DNA of 64,000 nucleotides from Eledone cirrhosa (taxonomy: Eukaryota). The position numbers and the translations under genes are program-made. How positions within the stretch are numbered: the stretch's first letter is position 1; every line of letters begins with the position of its first letter. The stretch covers positions 11,160,001-11,224,000 of the forward strand of contig OZ024759.1 of NCBI GenBank assembly GCA_964016885.1, in the 5' to 3' direction. Shown here piece by piece: positions 12,664 to 24,796 of this stretch. A model generated the notes under the pieces. It did no database searches and had not been told where the DNA came from. It saw nothing but the letters and a program-made list of their open reading frames with translations.

Positions 12664-12730
12664 GTCTGTGACTGTATATATATATATATCTGTCTGTGAC
12701 TGTATATATATATGTATCTGTCAGTGACTG
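12277..12730. repeat. Array of tctgtcagtgactg cores separated by variable (TA)n
   Basis: About 14 cores; the first core is inverted, giving a palindrome at 12277-12316. Confidence 0.85.
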
Positions 12731-12800
12731 TATATATGTGTGACCGTGTATGTATATATGTTCATATGTTTCTGTTTGTCTCTTCTCTCTCTCTCTCACT

Positions 12801-12841
<41 letters not shown>

Positions 12842-12864
12842 GTCACACACACAACACGACACAC

Positions 12865-12908
<44 letters not shown>

Positions 12909-13736
12909 ATATGTGTGTCGTGTTGTGTGTGTGACTATGTATATATGTATGTATGTATATCTCTCTCTCTTCTCTCTCTCACTCTGTGTGTGTGTGCGTG
13001 TATATAGTTGAAAATTAATGAACAAAACACCACCGGCAATTGTACAGTTATATATATGTGTGTGTGCGTGTGTGTTAGTGTGTGTATATATATACTAGTG
13101 TTGTGTTGTGGTGGTAGGTGGCAGGAGTACAGCTACAGTACAAACCCGTGACCTGTTTTCAATCAAAATCTTCCCTCATCAATATACGAACCAGTGCACA
13201 GCACAGCACAGCACAGGACAGCACAATCTTTTACTTTTTAATTCATTAAAAGCAGACGACCTCTTTTTCTTGAAAACACCGTAAACGTCACAATTTCACC
13301 ATTCCATCATCTCTCTTCCATCTTCTTTCTTCTCATGTCCTCCTCTTAATCTAACCACCACAAGAAATTTATTATATATTCGTGTATAGAGGCGGTTTTT
13401 CTTGGTGCCATTTATTTCAATAGTTGCCGTTTCCGTTGATATCTAATTAATATTTCTTCTCTCCAGTCTCTTATTCTTTTTACTCAGCTGCTAATACTAC
13501 TCCAATATCATTACATTACAGCGTTCCATATATTTCACTCTCTCTCTCTCTCTCTCTTAGCCTTTCTAGACATTTTAATCTATCTATCTATCTATCTATC
13601 CCTCGTGGCAAATAAATAGAAACTTATCTATCTATCTATTTATCTATCTGTCTGCTTGTCCCTATCTATATATCTATCTATATATCTATCTATATATATC
13701 TATCTATATATCTATCTATATATCTATCTGTCTGTC

Positions 13737-15830
13737 CCTGGCAAAGAGGCTGGCGCTTGTCGTCGAGAACCTGGTGGGAGAAGCGCAGACATGCGCGATC
13801 CCGACCAGGTCCATACACGACAACCTCCACCTCATGCGATACATCATAGAGAGGGTAGGGTGTAAACCCGGCTTCGGTGGGGCCCTGATCAACTTGGATC
13901 AGTCTAAGGCTTTCGATAGGGTTGACCATCGTTACCTGGATGCGGTGCTCGAGGCGGCAGGCTTCGGACCCGTGTTCAGGGGCTGGATTGCTGCAATGCA
14001 CAACAGCAACATCTGCTCAAGGGTCAAGGTGAACGGTTACCTCTCGGAGCCGTTCCATATTACGCGATCCATTCGACAGGGATGCCCTCTCTCCTCCCTT
14101 CTGTACGTACTGACTCTCGAGCCACTACTGCGGAAGCTGGAGCTATTGCAGGGCATCCCTCTGGAACCGGGACTGCGGAAAGCGGCGTCGGCCTACGCCG
14201 ACGACGTGACAGTAATGGTGTCGAGCGCCTCGCAAATCGAGGAAGTCGGCACCTTACTAAAGGAATACGAAAGTCTCACAGGAGCGAAGCTGAACCGGGA
14301 CAAGTCCATCGGTTTGCAACTCGGATCGTGGAGAGGCAGACCGATGCCTTCCGATGGCGTCGTCGGACGCTGGACGGAAGGACCGGTAAAGCTGCTCGGG
14401 GTCTGGTTTGGTCCGGACCTCCAGGTGGAGAAGAACTGGAACGAAGTGACGGCCAAGGTGTTTGCACTCACCCAGAAGTGGGCCGAGTGCAAACTATCCT
14501 TGAAAGGTCGAGCGGAGGTGGCGAACACTTTTATAGCGTCCGCCATCTACTACCGCTTGACCGTCGTGCCTTGTCCAGCCAAAACGCTCGCCAAAATGGA
14601 GCGCGCCCTCTTCCGATTCCTTTGGAAGAGGCGGGCTCCTTTGGTAAGAAGATCCATCTGCTGCCAACACCCTTCTAACGGAGGGCTGGGGATGCCGTGG
14701 TTGACGATGCGCAAACACGCGCTCAGGCTGCGGCATCTCTACGTATTCCTCACCGGACAACCGGTGTGGGCCCCGTTCGTGAGGCGAGCCTTCCCACGAC
14801 TCGTCTCGCTGACCGAGCTGCAGTCCTGGGTCAAGCAGAGACCGAGGAAAATGGGCGACTGGCACATCGAATGTGCTCAGGCGCTCACAGCCCTCTGGCA
14901 GGCGGACCCGGCGATCAGTGGAGACTCCACTTCGTCATTCTATAGAGGGTTGGTCCGCAGCAAGTGCGACGACGCGCTCGGTGAAACTCTAGGCGTGGAG
15001 GAAGATGAACTGGCCAGTCTGTTCGGTAGGACCTTCCGCCCGGGACCGATGGACAACTTCCAAAAGTCCCTGGCCTGGCAGTGCTACCGAGGAGCTCTAC
15101 CAGTTCGAGACAAGCTCTACAGACATGGGCGCCCGGGCAGGGACCCTGCAAAAAAGATCTGTCCGAGGTGCGTGCGAGACGAAGAAACCGTCGCGCACGC
15201 ATTCATACACTGCCCGGGCGTCACTGACCTGTGGGGCTATGTGGAACGACTATTGTCGCGGGTGGGACCAATCCAGTTGACCACCGAGTCCATTGTCATG
15301 ATCAAACCGCCACCCTCCTTCAAAAACGAAGGAGAGGCGGTTTTCCTTTGTGTGATAGCTATGGCGAAAGAGGTTGTATGGTGGACAAGGTTGAAAGGGC
15401 TGAGGTCAGACACCTTTCTCTCCGGCCAACAACTGATTCTTTTTTTCAAATACCACTTTGGAAGAAGAATCAGGATGGAGAGAGAGGTGCTGTACCCCAG
15501 CAAGTTTTATGAAAGGTGGGTGAAAGTGGCGAGAATGGCCCGAGTGAATGGGCCTTCTCTCTATATCAGCCTGTAGGTTGAGGAAAAGGAGGAGGAGAGG
15601 AAAGGAGTACAAGCTCTTCGTACTCCTGGAGATGAGGGTTGCACATTTTTTTCGGGGGTCTGTGTTACCCATATAAACTGTCTCCCTCTATTGGGGAAAA
15701 TCGACTAACTTTTAAATTCCATCTGTGATAACATTTTACACGTTTTTATTGTATGTAAACTTCCCCCTTTGTATTTGTCCCCTTCTTTTGTGCCCCTGTG
15801 GCTAATAAAGAAATATATCTATCTATATAT
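13737..15830 (+). mobile_element. Tx1/L1-clade non-LTR retrotransposon, 5'-truncated
   Basis: RT plus CCHC ORF, 3'UTR, aataaa at about 15805, (TATC)n on both sides; extra 3' tips at 13601-13625 and 15888-15985. Confidence 0.93.
13738..15576 (+). CDS. Partial ORF2: reverse transcriptase plus C-terminal CCHC knuckle (Tx1/L1 clade)
   Basis: LAKRL..., LDQSKAFDRV, RQGCPLS, YADD, KLLGVWF, GGLG, CPRC-x8-H-x4-C; open for over 600 codons; no endonuclease (truncated). Confidence 0.9.
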   Translation: MAKRLALVVENLVGEAQTCAIPTRSIHDNLHLMRYIIERVGCKPGFGGALINLDQSKAFDRVDHRYLDAVLEAAGFGPVFRGWIAAMHNSNICSRVKVNGYLSEPFHITRSIRQGCPLSSLLYVLTLEPLLRKLELLQGIPLEPGLRKAASAYADDVTVMVSSASQIEEVGTLLKEYESLTGAKLNRDKSIGLQLGSWRGRPMPSDGVVGRWTEGPVKLLGVWFGPDLQVEKNWNEVTAKVFALTQKWAECKLSLKGRAEVANTFIASAIYYRLTVVPCPAKTLAKMERALFRFLWKRRAPLVRRSICCQHPSNGGLGMPWLTMRKHALRLRHLYVFLTGQPVWAPFVRRAFPRLVSLTELQSWVKQRPRKMGDWHIECAQALTALWQADPAISGDSTSSFYRGLVRSKCDDALGETLGVEEDELASLFGRTFRPGPMDNFQKSLAWQCYRGALPVRDKLYRHGRPGRDPAKKICPRCVRDEETVAHAFIHCPGVTDLWGYVERLLSRVGPIQLTTESIVMIKPPPSFKNEGEAVFLCVIAMAKEVVWWTRLKGLRSDTFLSGQQLILFFKYHFGRRIRMEREVLYPSKFYERWVKVARMARVNGPSLYISL

Positions 15831-16489
15831 CTATCTGTCTGTCTGTCTCTATCTATATATCTATCTATCTATCTATATATCTATCTTTGTGATAACATTT
15901 TACACGTTTTTATTGTATGTAAACTTCCCCCTTTGTATTTGTCCCCTTCTTTTGTGCCCCTGTGGCTAATAAAGAAACATATCTATATAACTATATATCT
16001 ATCTACCTACCTATCTCTCTATCTATCTATCTATTTATCTATATATCTGTCTATCTATTTATCTATATATATATCTATCTATCTATTTATCTACCTATCT
16101 ATCTATCTATCCATTTTAGTTTCACTCTCTCTCTACCCTTTTATCTCTCTCTATATAATAGCTTTCTATACATTCTGGTCTCTTTCTCTCTCTCTCTCTT
16201 TCTCTCTCTCTCTATATATATATATCATTCTCTATTATCGTCACCATCATCATATCACGATCCTTCTCTCACTCTCTCTCTCTCTGATATCACCCTCTCT
16301 CTCTTATTAATCTCTCTCTCTCTCTATCACCCTCTCTCTCTCTTATTAATGTCATCATATCTTCCTTCTGTCTACATCTATCTCTCCCAACCTCTCTAAT
16401 ATATATATATATCTCTCTCTGTCGTCTGCATTCAATCCAATATCACTGTCACACACACATATATATATAAATGTATGTGTATATATATT

Positions 16490-16797
16490 TTCATTTTCAT
16501 TTTTCATTTCATTTTACGTCCGCTTTTTCCCTGCTTGCAAGGGTGGGACGGGAACTGATTCTGGCTTGATTTCTACAGCTGGATGCCCTTCCTAACACCA
16601 ACCTCATTTACAGTGAGTGCTGGGGGCTTTTTTGCCGTGGCACCTCCACGACCACTTTGCATCTCATTTCTACAGCTGAGTAAACTGGAGCAATGTGAAA
16701 TAAAGTGTCTTGCTCAAGGAAACAACACATCACCCGGTCTGAGAATTGAACTGACAACCTTTCGATTGCAAGGCCAATGCTCTAACCACTAAGCCAT
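16490..16797 (-). mobile_element. SINE family A (tRNA head, CORE-like body, RTE-derived tail)
   Basis: Reverse complement of 19314-19650; lacks the first few nucleotides. Confidence 0.9.
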
Positions 16798-17707
16798 ACT
16801 GTAGCTAGAGTCAGAACTGGTTGGAAAAAGTTCAGAGAGCTTATACCACTATTAGCTGCTAAAGGGTTCTCACTAAAAATGAAAGGCAGGTTGTACGATG
16901 CCTGCATACGAACAGCAATGCTGCATGGCAGTGAGACCTGGGCATTGTGTGCAGAGGATATACGCAGACTAGAGAGGAACGAAGCTTGCATGCTCCGCTG
17001 GATGTGTAACAGTAATATACGTGAACGGCAAAGCATAAACGAACTAAGGAATAAATTAGAGATAAGAGGGATCAGATGTTGTTTACTCGAGAGAAGGCTA
17101 CGTTGGTATGGACACGTGATGCGCATGAAAGTCGATAGCTGTATAACAAAGTGCAGGGCAATAAAGATAGACGGTAGTCACGGAATAGGCAGACCTAGAA
17201 AAACCTGGGACGAGCTGATAAACTCCGACATCACACACTTACACCTCTCCAAGACAATGTCACTGGACCGAGACCTTTGGCGGTACTCAGTAACAGAGAA
17301 GACCCGCCTTACCTAAATATATAGTAAAACCTACTCCAGCCAGTAGGCATCTCTAACAAATACACCCCGTCCCACCACCCCCACCCGATCCACACCACCC
17401 CGTTCTATGTAAAGTTATGTTGGTGCCGCGCCATCGAGGCCGAAACAAATGAGATCGTGTAGGTGTCACGACAAAAAAACACACAGTCCACGCTGTAATG
17501 TGGCCGTGTAGGCAACACGGTAAAAACCTCCCAGACCCACACTGTAAATGTGGTTGGTGTTAGGAAGGGCATCCAACTGTAGAAAACCTGCCAGACAGTC
17601 CTATGCGAGCAAGACAATCACTCTTGCCTCAAGTGGGACTACCCCCGTCCAAACCCATGCAAGCGTGGAACACGGACGTTAAACGCTGATGATGATGATG
17701 ATGATGA
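16797..17707 (+). mobile_element. RTE LINE 3' fragment
   Basis: Near-identical to 39504-40420. Confidence 0.93.
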
Positions 17708-17816
17708 TATATATATATATACTCTTTTACCCTTTCACCTGTTCCAGCCATCCGGCTGAGGCCATGCTGGGGCACTGCCCTTGAAAATGTAATAAGAGTA
17801 AACAAAAAGAACTGGT

Positions 17817-17888
17817 TAGCAGAGCGTAGTATCGATCTATGGACCTCTGGGTTATGGGCCCAGCACGCTTCCACTACGCCTATCTGTA
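17817..17888 (-). pseudogene. Initiator tRNA-Met (CAT) pseudogene
   Basis: Minus strand ggcgtagtggaagcgtgctgggcccataacccagaggtccatagatcgatactacgctctgcta matches eukaryotic tRNAiMet; acceptor stem has three mispairs; T5 run about 9 nt downstream. Confidence 0.85.
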
Positions 17889-18270
17889 AGGCAGAATTCT
17901 AGGAGAAGGAAAACTCTGATATAACACCTGCAACCCTGATGGTATCTAATGATGTTGACTTGTTCTTCTTTTTGGTAAATATCATCTTGGTTAAGAGAGT
18001 GGGACTGGCTTTGTGCAGTGCCTTTGCTCACTATAAAAGCTTCACGGCACAGGCATTGCTTTATATCTGGAGATCTCTCTGCACTTGTCGTCACAGGGTA
18101 CCATGGGCCCAGCACTATGTGTCAATAATTGTCACAAGTGTAGTGTTTGTACCAGAGTTTTCAAGTCGCTGGCTGGACTAAAAAGTCACACTCGTTCAGC
18201 GCATCGGTAGGGGTTCTCCTACATGGATATAAAGGAGTGGCCGTACTCGAAAACGAGTTGGCAGCCACCA
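17888..18270 (+). mobile_element. Bipartite RTE-derived element, 5'-truncated
   Basis: Matches 4699-5081; (TATG)n tail. Confidence 0.88.
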
Positions 18271-18300
18271 TGTATGTATGTATGTATGTATGTATGTATG

Positions 18301-18707
18301 AGAGATGACCCCTTAGCCTTTGTCAAGGCAGAATTCTTGGAGAAGGAAAACTCTGATATAACACCTGCAACCCTGATGGTATCCAATGATGTTGACTTGT
18401 TCTTCTTTTTGGTAAATATCATCTTGGTTAAGAGAGTGGGACTGGCTTTGTGCAGTGCCTTTGCTCACTATAAAAGCTTCACGGCACAGGCATTGCTTTA
18501 TATCTGGAGATCTCTCTGCACTTGTCGTCACATGGTACCATGGGCCCAGCACTATGTGTCAATAGTTGTCACAAGTGTAGTGTTTGTACCAGAGTTTTCA
18601 AGTCGGTGGCTGGACTAAAAAGTCACACTCGTTTAGCGCATCAGTAGGGGTTCTCCTACATGGATATAAAGTAGTGGCCGTACTCGAAAACGAGTTGGCA
18701 GCCACCA
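18301..18707 (+). mobile_element. Bipartite RTE-derived element, 5'-truncated, in the tail of the previous copy
   Basis: Matches 4675-5081; (TATG)n on both sides. Confidence 0.88.
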
Positions 18708-18806
18708 TGTATGTATGTATGTATGTATGTATGTATGTATGTATGTATGTATGTATGTATGTATAAATACAATTTCTCATTTCTCTGTAGTCTATATTAT
18801 CTATCT

Positions 18807-18987
18807 TGGCAGTATCGGTAGAGGGTCGGACGTCATGCTTTGATGCATAGAGTTACAGCCCTTTCCAATCTGAGTTCAAATCCCGCCGAGGTTAACTTTG
18901 CCTTTCATCCTTACGGGGTCGATAAAATAAAGTACCAGTAATGCACTGGGTAATTTGCTGGCCTTGTGCCTAACGTAGAAACAATTA
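18807..18987 (+). mobile_element. SINE family B (tRNA-like head, Meta-like central domain)
   Basis: tggcagtatcggtagag...gagttcaaatccc (A/B boxes); aactttgcctttcatccttacggggtcgataaaataaagtacc body. Confidence 0.85.
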
Positions 18988-19313
18988 TCTACCTATCTAC
19001 CTATCTATCTTAACCCCTTCTTTAAGTATCACTTCAGAAGGAAGGTGAGAGTGGAGAGAGAGGTGCTACCCCCAGTAAATTAGCTGAAAGGTGGGTGAAT
19101 GTGGCGAAAATGGCCCGAGTGAATGGGCCTTCTCTGTATATAAACCTGTAGGTTGAGGAAGATAAACAGAGGGAAGACAGGAACACCTACAAAACGTGTT
19201 CCTGGTGTTGAGGGTTGTTCTATCCCAGGGGTGTAAAACAACCCCTCAGTAGCGTTACCTCCACCCCCTCCCTCCTAATGGGGATTTCAATTGTTTTATT
19301 TCATATATAGTTT

Positions 19314-19650
19314 GGAGGCACATGGCTTAGTGGTTAGAGCATTGGCCTTGCAATCGAAAGGTTGTGAGTTCAATTCTCAGACTGGGTGATGTGTTGTTTC
19401 CTTGAGCAAGACACTTTATTTCACATTGCTCCAGTTTACTCAGCTGTAGAAATGAGATGATAGGGACTGGGGTCCCTATCATTCCACTGTAAAGTGGTCG
19501 TGCAGGTGCCACGGCAAAAAAGCACCCAGCACTCACTGTAAATGAGGTTGTTGTTAGGAAGGGCATCCAGCTGTAGAAATCAAGCCAGAATCAGTTCCCG
19601 TCCCACCCTTGCAAGCAGGGAAAAGCGGACGTAAAATGATGATGATGATG
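19314..19650 (+). mobile_element. SINE family A, full length
   Basis: ggaggcacatggcttagtggttagagc head, (GAT)n tail, TSD atagttt. Confidence 0.92.
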
Positions 19651-19680
19651 ATAGTTTATTGTTATTTATCATTGTTAAAG

Positions 19681-19863
19681 GCGGTGGATTGGCAGTATCG
19701 GTAGAGGGTCGGACGCCATGCTTTCCAGCATAATTACGTCATTTTACGATCTGAGTTCAAATCCCGCCGAGGTTGACTTTGCCTTTCATCCTTACGAGGT
19801 CGATAAAATAAAGTACCAGTAATGCACTGGGTAATTGCTGGCCTTGTGCCTAAAGTAGAAACA
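19681..19863 (+). mobile_element. SINE family B, full length
   Basis: 20-bp TSD gttatttatcattgttaaag at 19661-19680 and 19864-19883. Confidence 0.92.
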
Positions 19864-20230
19864 GTTATTTATCATTGTTAAAGATTTTATGTAAAACCCC
19901 CCTGCTGTCATGTCTTGTAAGGTCCCATGTTTGTACGCCCCTGTGGCAAATAAAGAAAGATATCTATCTTTTGTCTGTCTGTCCGTATCACGTTTATCCC
20001 CCTCCCCCCCTGTATGTACACACGCCACCTGCCTTTATATATATATATGCTGGGTCCGTCAACTCCTTATTATATATATATATACCCTCCCACTATCCAG
20101 TGTTTTCCCCTCACTATACATACCACTCCCCCACTTCCCACCTTTCATTACATGGGATTCCCACTTAAATAACATCCCCTCCCTTTACTTTACTTTACAT
20201 CATACACTGGCAGATACCCCCCCCCCACAC

Positions 20231-20235
<5 letters not shown>

Positions 20236-20278
<43 letters not shown>

Positions 20279-20603
20279 GTATGTATGTATGTGTGTGTGT
20301 ATATATGTATGTATGTCTATGTGTGTGTATATATGTATATATATATGTATGTATATGTGTGTGTGTATATATATATATGTATGTATGTCTGTGTGTGTAT
20401 ATATGTATATATATGTATGTCTGTGTGTGTATATATATATATGTATGTATGTGTGTATGTGTATATATATGTATGTATGTCTGTGTGTGTATATATGTAT
20501 ATATATATATGTATGTGTGTATGTGTGTATATATATGTGTGTATGTGTGTATATATATGTGTGTATGTGTGTATATATATGTATGTATGTCTGTGTATAT
20601 ATG

Positions 20604-20638
<35 letters not shown>

Positions 20639-20994
20639 GTGTGTGTGTATATATGTATATATATATATGTATGTGTATAAGTGTATATATATATATGTAT
20701 GTATGTCTGTGTGTGTATATATGTATATATATATATATGTATGTATGTCTGTGTGTATATATGTATATATATATATGTATGTATGTGTGTATGTGTGTGT
20801 ATATATATGTATGTATGTCTGTGTGTGTATATATGTATATATATATATGTATTATGTGTGTGTGTGTGTATATATGTATGTATGTCTGTGTGTATATATG
20901 TATGTTTGTATGTATGTATGTGTGTGTGTGTATATATGTATGTATGTATGTATGTATGTGTGTGTGTGTATATATGTATGTATGTCTGTGTGTG

Positions 20995-21026
<32 letters not shown>

Positions 21027-21745
21027 TGTGTGTGTATATATGTATGTATGTCTGTGTGTATATATATGTATGTATGTATGTGTGTGTGTATATATATATA
21101 TGTATGTATGTGTGTGTATATATGTATATATATATATGTATGTGTGTATGTGTGTATATATATATGTATGTATGTATGTGTGTATATATGTATATATATA
21201 TATGTATGTATGTATGTGTGTATATATATATATATATGTATGTCTGTGTGTATATATGTATATATATATATATATATATCATCAGATTCCACTGTTACAT
21301 GTGATATCAAATATATTGTTATCATGACTGTCTTTATTATTTAATTACCTCCGTCTATATTTCAACCACTGGAACAACCTCAAACAAGAAACAGTTGTCA
21401 CCCTCAGTCAACATTTTTAATGTAAGATATCGAAATATATGTTATGAGTGTATATAGGTAGATGGATGTTGTGTGTGTATGTGTATATATGCACACACAT
21501 ACACGCATACAAATATATACACACACATACACACATACATACATACATATATACATATATATATATACATATATACACACACATACATACATACATATAT
21601 ATACACACACACAGACATACATACATATATATACACACACACACATACACACACATATATATACATATATAAACACAGACATACATATATATACACACAC
21701 ACACATACATACATACATATATATATATATACATATAACACACAC
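20236..21745. repeat. (TG/TA)n and (CA/TA)n microsatellite fields
   Basis: Direct reading; short unique spacer at 21280-21470. Confidence 0.92.
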
Positions 21746-21749
21746 ACAG

Positions 21750-22333
21750 TTGGTGCTACTGGTAACATGTATCCCAGTACAACCTGTCTCGTTGGCGACT
21801 AAACTGGCAACCTCACCAAGGTTTCTTGGTGAGGAGGGTGACTTTGGACATCCTGCAGGACTAAAAACAAAACCTGTCAAAGGGCAAAGGAGCTCGTAAG
21901 AGTCAATGGCCATCCAAAATCACCAGGAGAGATGACCCCTTAGCCTTTGTCAAGGCAGAATTCTTGGAGAAGGAAAACTCTGATATAACACCTGCAACCC
22001 TGATGGTATCCAATGATGTTGACTTGTTCTTCTTTTTGGTAAATATCATCTTGGTTAAGAGAGTGGGACTGGCTTTGTGCAGTGCCTTTGCTCACTATAA
22101 AAGCTTCACGGCACAGGCATTGCTTTATATCTGGAGATCTCTCTGCACTTGTCGTCACATGGTACCATGGGCCCAGCACTATGTGTCAATAATTGTCACA
22201 AGTGTAGTGTTTGTACCAGAGTTTTCAAGTCGCTGGCTGGACTAAAAAGTCACACTCGTTCAGCGCATCGGTAGGGGTTCTCCTACATGGATATAAAGGA
22301 GTGGCCGTACTCGAAAACGAGTTGGCAGCCACC
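21750..22333 (+). mobile_element. Bipartite RTE-derived element, near full length
   Basis: Extends the family 5' end (ttggtgctactggtaacatgtatcccagta). Confidence 0.88.
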
Positions 22334-22428
22334 ATATATATATATATGTATGTGTGTATGTGTGTGTGTATATATATGTATGTCTGTGTGTGTGTATATA
22401 TATGTATATATACGTATATATATATGTC

Positions 22429-22469
<41 letters not shown>

Positions 22470-23355
22470 ATGTGTGTGTGTATATATATGTATGTGTGTC
22501 TGTGTGTGTATATATATGTATGTGTGTCTGTGTGTGTATATATGTATATATATGTATGTGTGTCTGTGTGTGTATATATATGTATGTGTGTCTGTGTGTG
22601 TATATATGTATATATATGTATGTATGTGTGTGTATATATATATGTATGTATGTCTGTATGTGTATATATATATGTATGTATGTCTGTGTGTATATATGTA
22701 TATATATGTATGTATGTGTGTATGTGTATATATATGTATGTATGTCTGTGTGTGTGTTATATGTATATATATATATGTATGTATGTGTGTATGTGTGTGT
22801 GTATATATATGTATGTCTGTGTTTATATATGTGTGTGTATGTGTGTGTGTATATATATGTATGTATGTCTGTGTGTGTGTATATATATGTATGTATGTAT
22901 GTCTGTGTGAGTATATATGTATATATATATATGTATGTATGTATGTGTGTATGTGTGTGTATATAGATGTATGTGTGTATGTGTGTGTATATATATGTAT
23001 GTCTGTGTGTATATATATATGTATATATATGTGTGTATGTATGTGTGTGTATATATATATGTATGTATGTCTGTGTGTGTGTGTAGGTATTTGTGTAGTA
23101 TGTGTGTGTGTATATATATATGTATGTGTATATATATATGTATGTATGTGTGTGTGTAGGTATTTGTGTAGTATGTATGTATGTATGTGTGTGTTCATGT
23201 GTATGTAGGTATTTGTGTAGTATGTATGTATAGTGTGTGTGTGTATGTGTGTAGGTATTTGTGTAGTATGTATGTGTCTTCATGTGTGTATGTATGTGTA
23301 GTGTGTATGTGTGTGCGTGTTCATGTGTGTGTGTATGTATGTGTATGTATATGTA

Positions 23356-23388
<33 letters not shown>

Positions 23389-23770
23389 ATATGTTTAATG
23401 TATGTGTGTATGAGTATACACACTATTAAGAGTTTCCAACGGTATATATACATATGATGATGATGATGATCATCATCATCATCATTGTCATCACTGGCAC
23501 CATCATAAAACCGCAGTTTCCTTCTCTCTCTCTCTCTTCCTCTCTCTCTCTCTCACTCTCACACTCTCTCTCTCACACACTCTCTCACACACTCTCTCTC
23601 TCTCTCAGACATTCCCTCTCTCTCTCTCACACACACTCTCTCTCTCTCACACACACTCTCTCTCTCTCTTCTTCTCTCTCTTCCTCTCTCTCACACACAT
23701 TCTCTCTCTCTCTCTCATTCTCTCTCTTCCTCTCTCTCAATCACATTATCTCTCTATCTCTCTCTCACAT
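22334..23770. repeat. (TG/TA)n then (CT)n microsatellite fields
   Basis: Direct reading. Confidence 0.92.
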
Positions 23771-24259
23771 GCCCCCCCCCCTCCATTGTTCTAGACATGA
23801 ATGAAGCAGAAAACCTATTCTATTCTCATTCTTATATAAATATACCAATCTATCCCTCTCCCTCTCTTCCCCCTCCCCCCTCTTTGTCTATCTTACTTTC
23901 CGCTTATCTCTGTTTGTCTCCCCCTCTCTCTGCCAGTCTTACACTCTCTCCCACTCTCCCTGTCAGTCTTACTCTCTCTCTCTCTCTACATTGTTCTATT
24001 TACAAATGGAGCAGATGACCTATTCCTATATTCTTATTCTAATATAAATATATAAGCCAACCAGCCTATACATATTTCCCAATCCCTCCTCTATCTCTCC
24101 CTCCCCTATCTCCCTCTCCCCTATCTCTCTATCCTTCTCAGCCCCTCTCTCTGCTGCCCCTATCTCTCTCTCCCCTATCTCTCTATCCTTCTCAGCCCCT
24201 CTCTCTGCTGCCCCTCTCTCTCTCTACAGTGTTCTGTATATATATATATATATATATAT

Positions 24260-24758
24260 GATGGCTGCCCCCTCGTTATCGAGTATGGCCATTGCATGAT
24301 ATAACATTATTAATAATTACCAATTAATTCTATCGTGCAATGCCTGTGCGTGAAGATATTATTTAAAGTGAGGAAAGACTGTGCACTGAGCCAATCCCAC
24401 TCTCTGAGAGACAGTAGCTATAACCCGAAAAGAAGAAAAAAACAACATCATTGGTAACTACTGAGCCGCAGGTTTTATATCGGAGTTATCCCAGTTTCCT
24501 GAGTTGCCTTCTCCTAGAAGAATGCCCTGACAAAGACTAGGGGTCCTTCACTCCCAGTGGTTTAACCACGCGGTACATGTGTATATACATATTTACAACT
24601 CTTATGAGTTCTTCCGCCCTTTGTCGGGCTTTGTTTTTTGTCCTGCAAGGTGTCGAAAATCACCCCCCTCACCAAGTAAACTTGGTGGGGTTGCTGGTTT
24701 AGTCGCCGACGAGCCAACCATGCGACAGGTTGTACTGGGTTACATATTACCAGTAGCA
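24260..24758 (-). mobile_element. Bipartite RTE-derived element, subfamily 2 (no zinc-finger remnant)
   Basis: Colinear and diverged versus subfamily 1; same 5' block, caccaag-loop-cttggtg hairpin and 3' ctcg-ataa-cgag stem-loop. Confidence 0.78.
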
Positions 24759-24762
24759 TACA

Positions 24763-24793
<31 letters not shown>

Positions 24794-24796
24794 TTA

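Larger units (their letters stand above)
19012..19970 (+). mobile_element. Tx1/L1-clade 3' fragment (3'UTR type 4) interrupted by two SINEs
   Basis: ERWVNVAKMARV ORF end at 19088-19150; UTR resumes after 19883 and ends gtggcaaataaagaaagatatctatc. Confidence 0.8.

Noticed and set aside
17817-17888. Functional tRNA-iMet gene
   Set aside because: Three acceptor-stem mispairs and T-arm changes; 5' flank replaced by a retroposon
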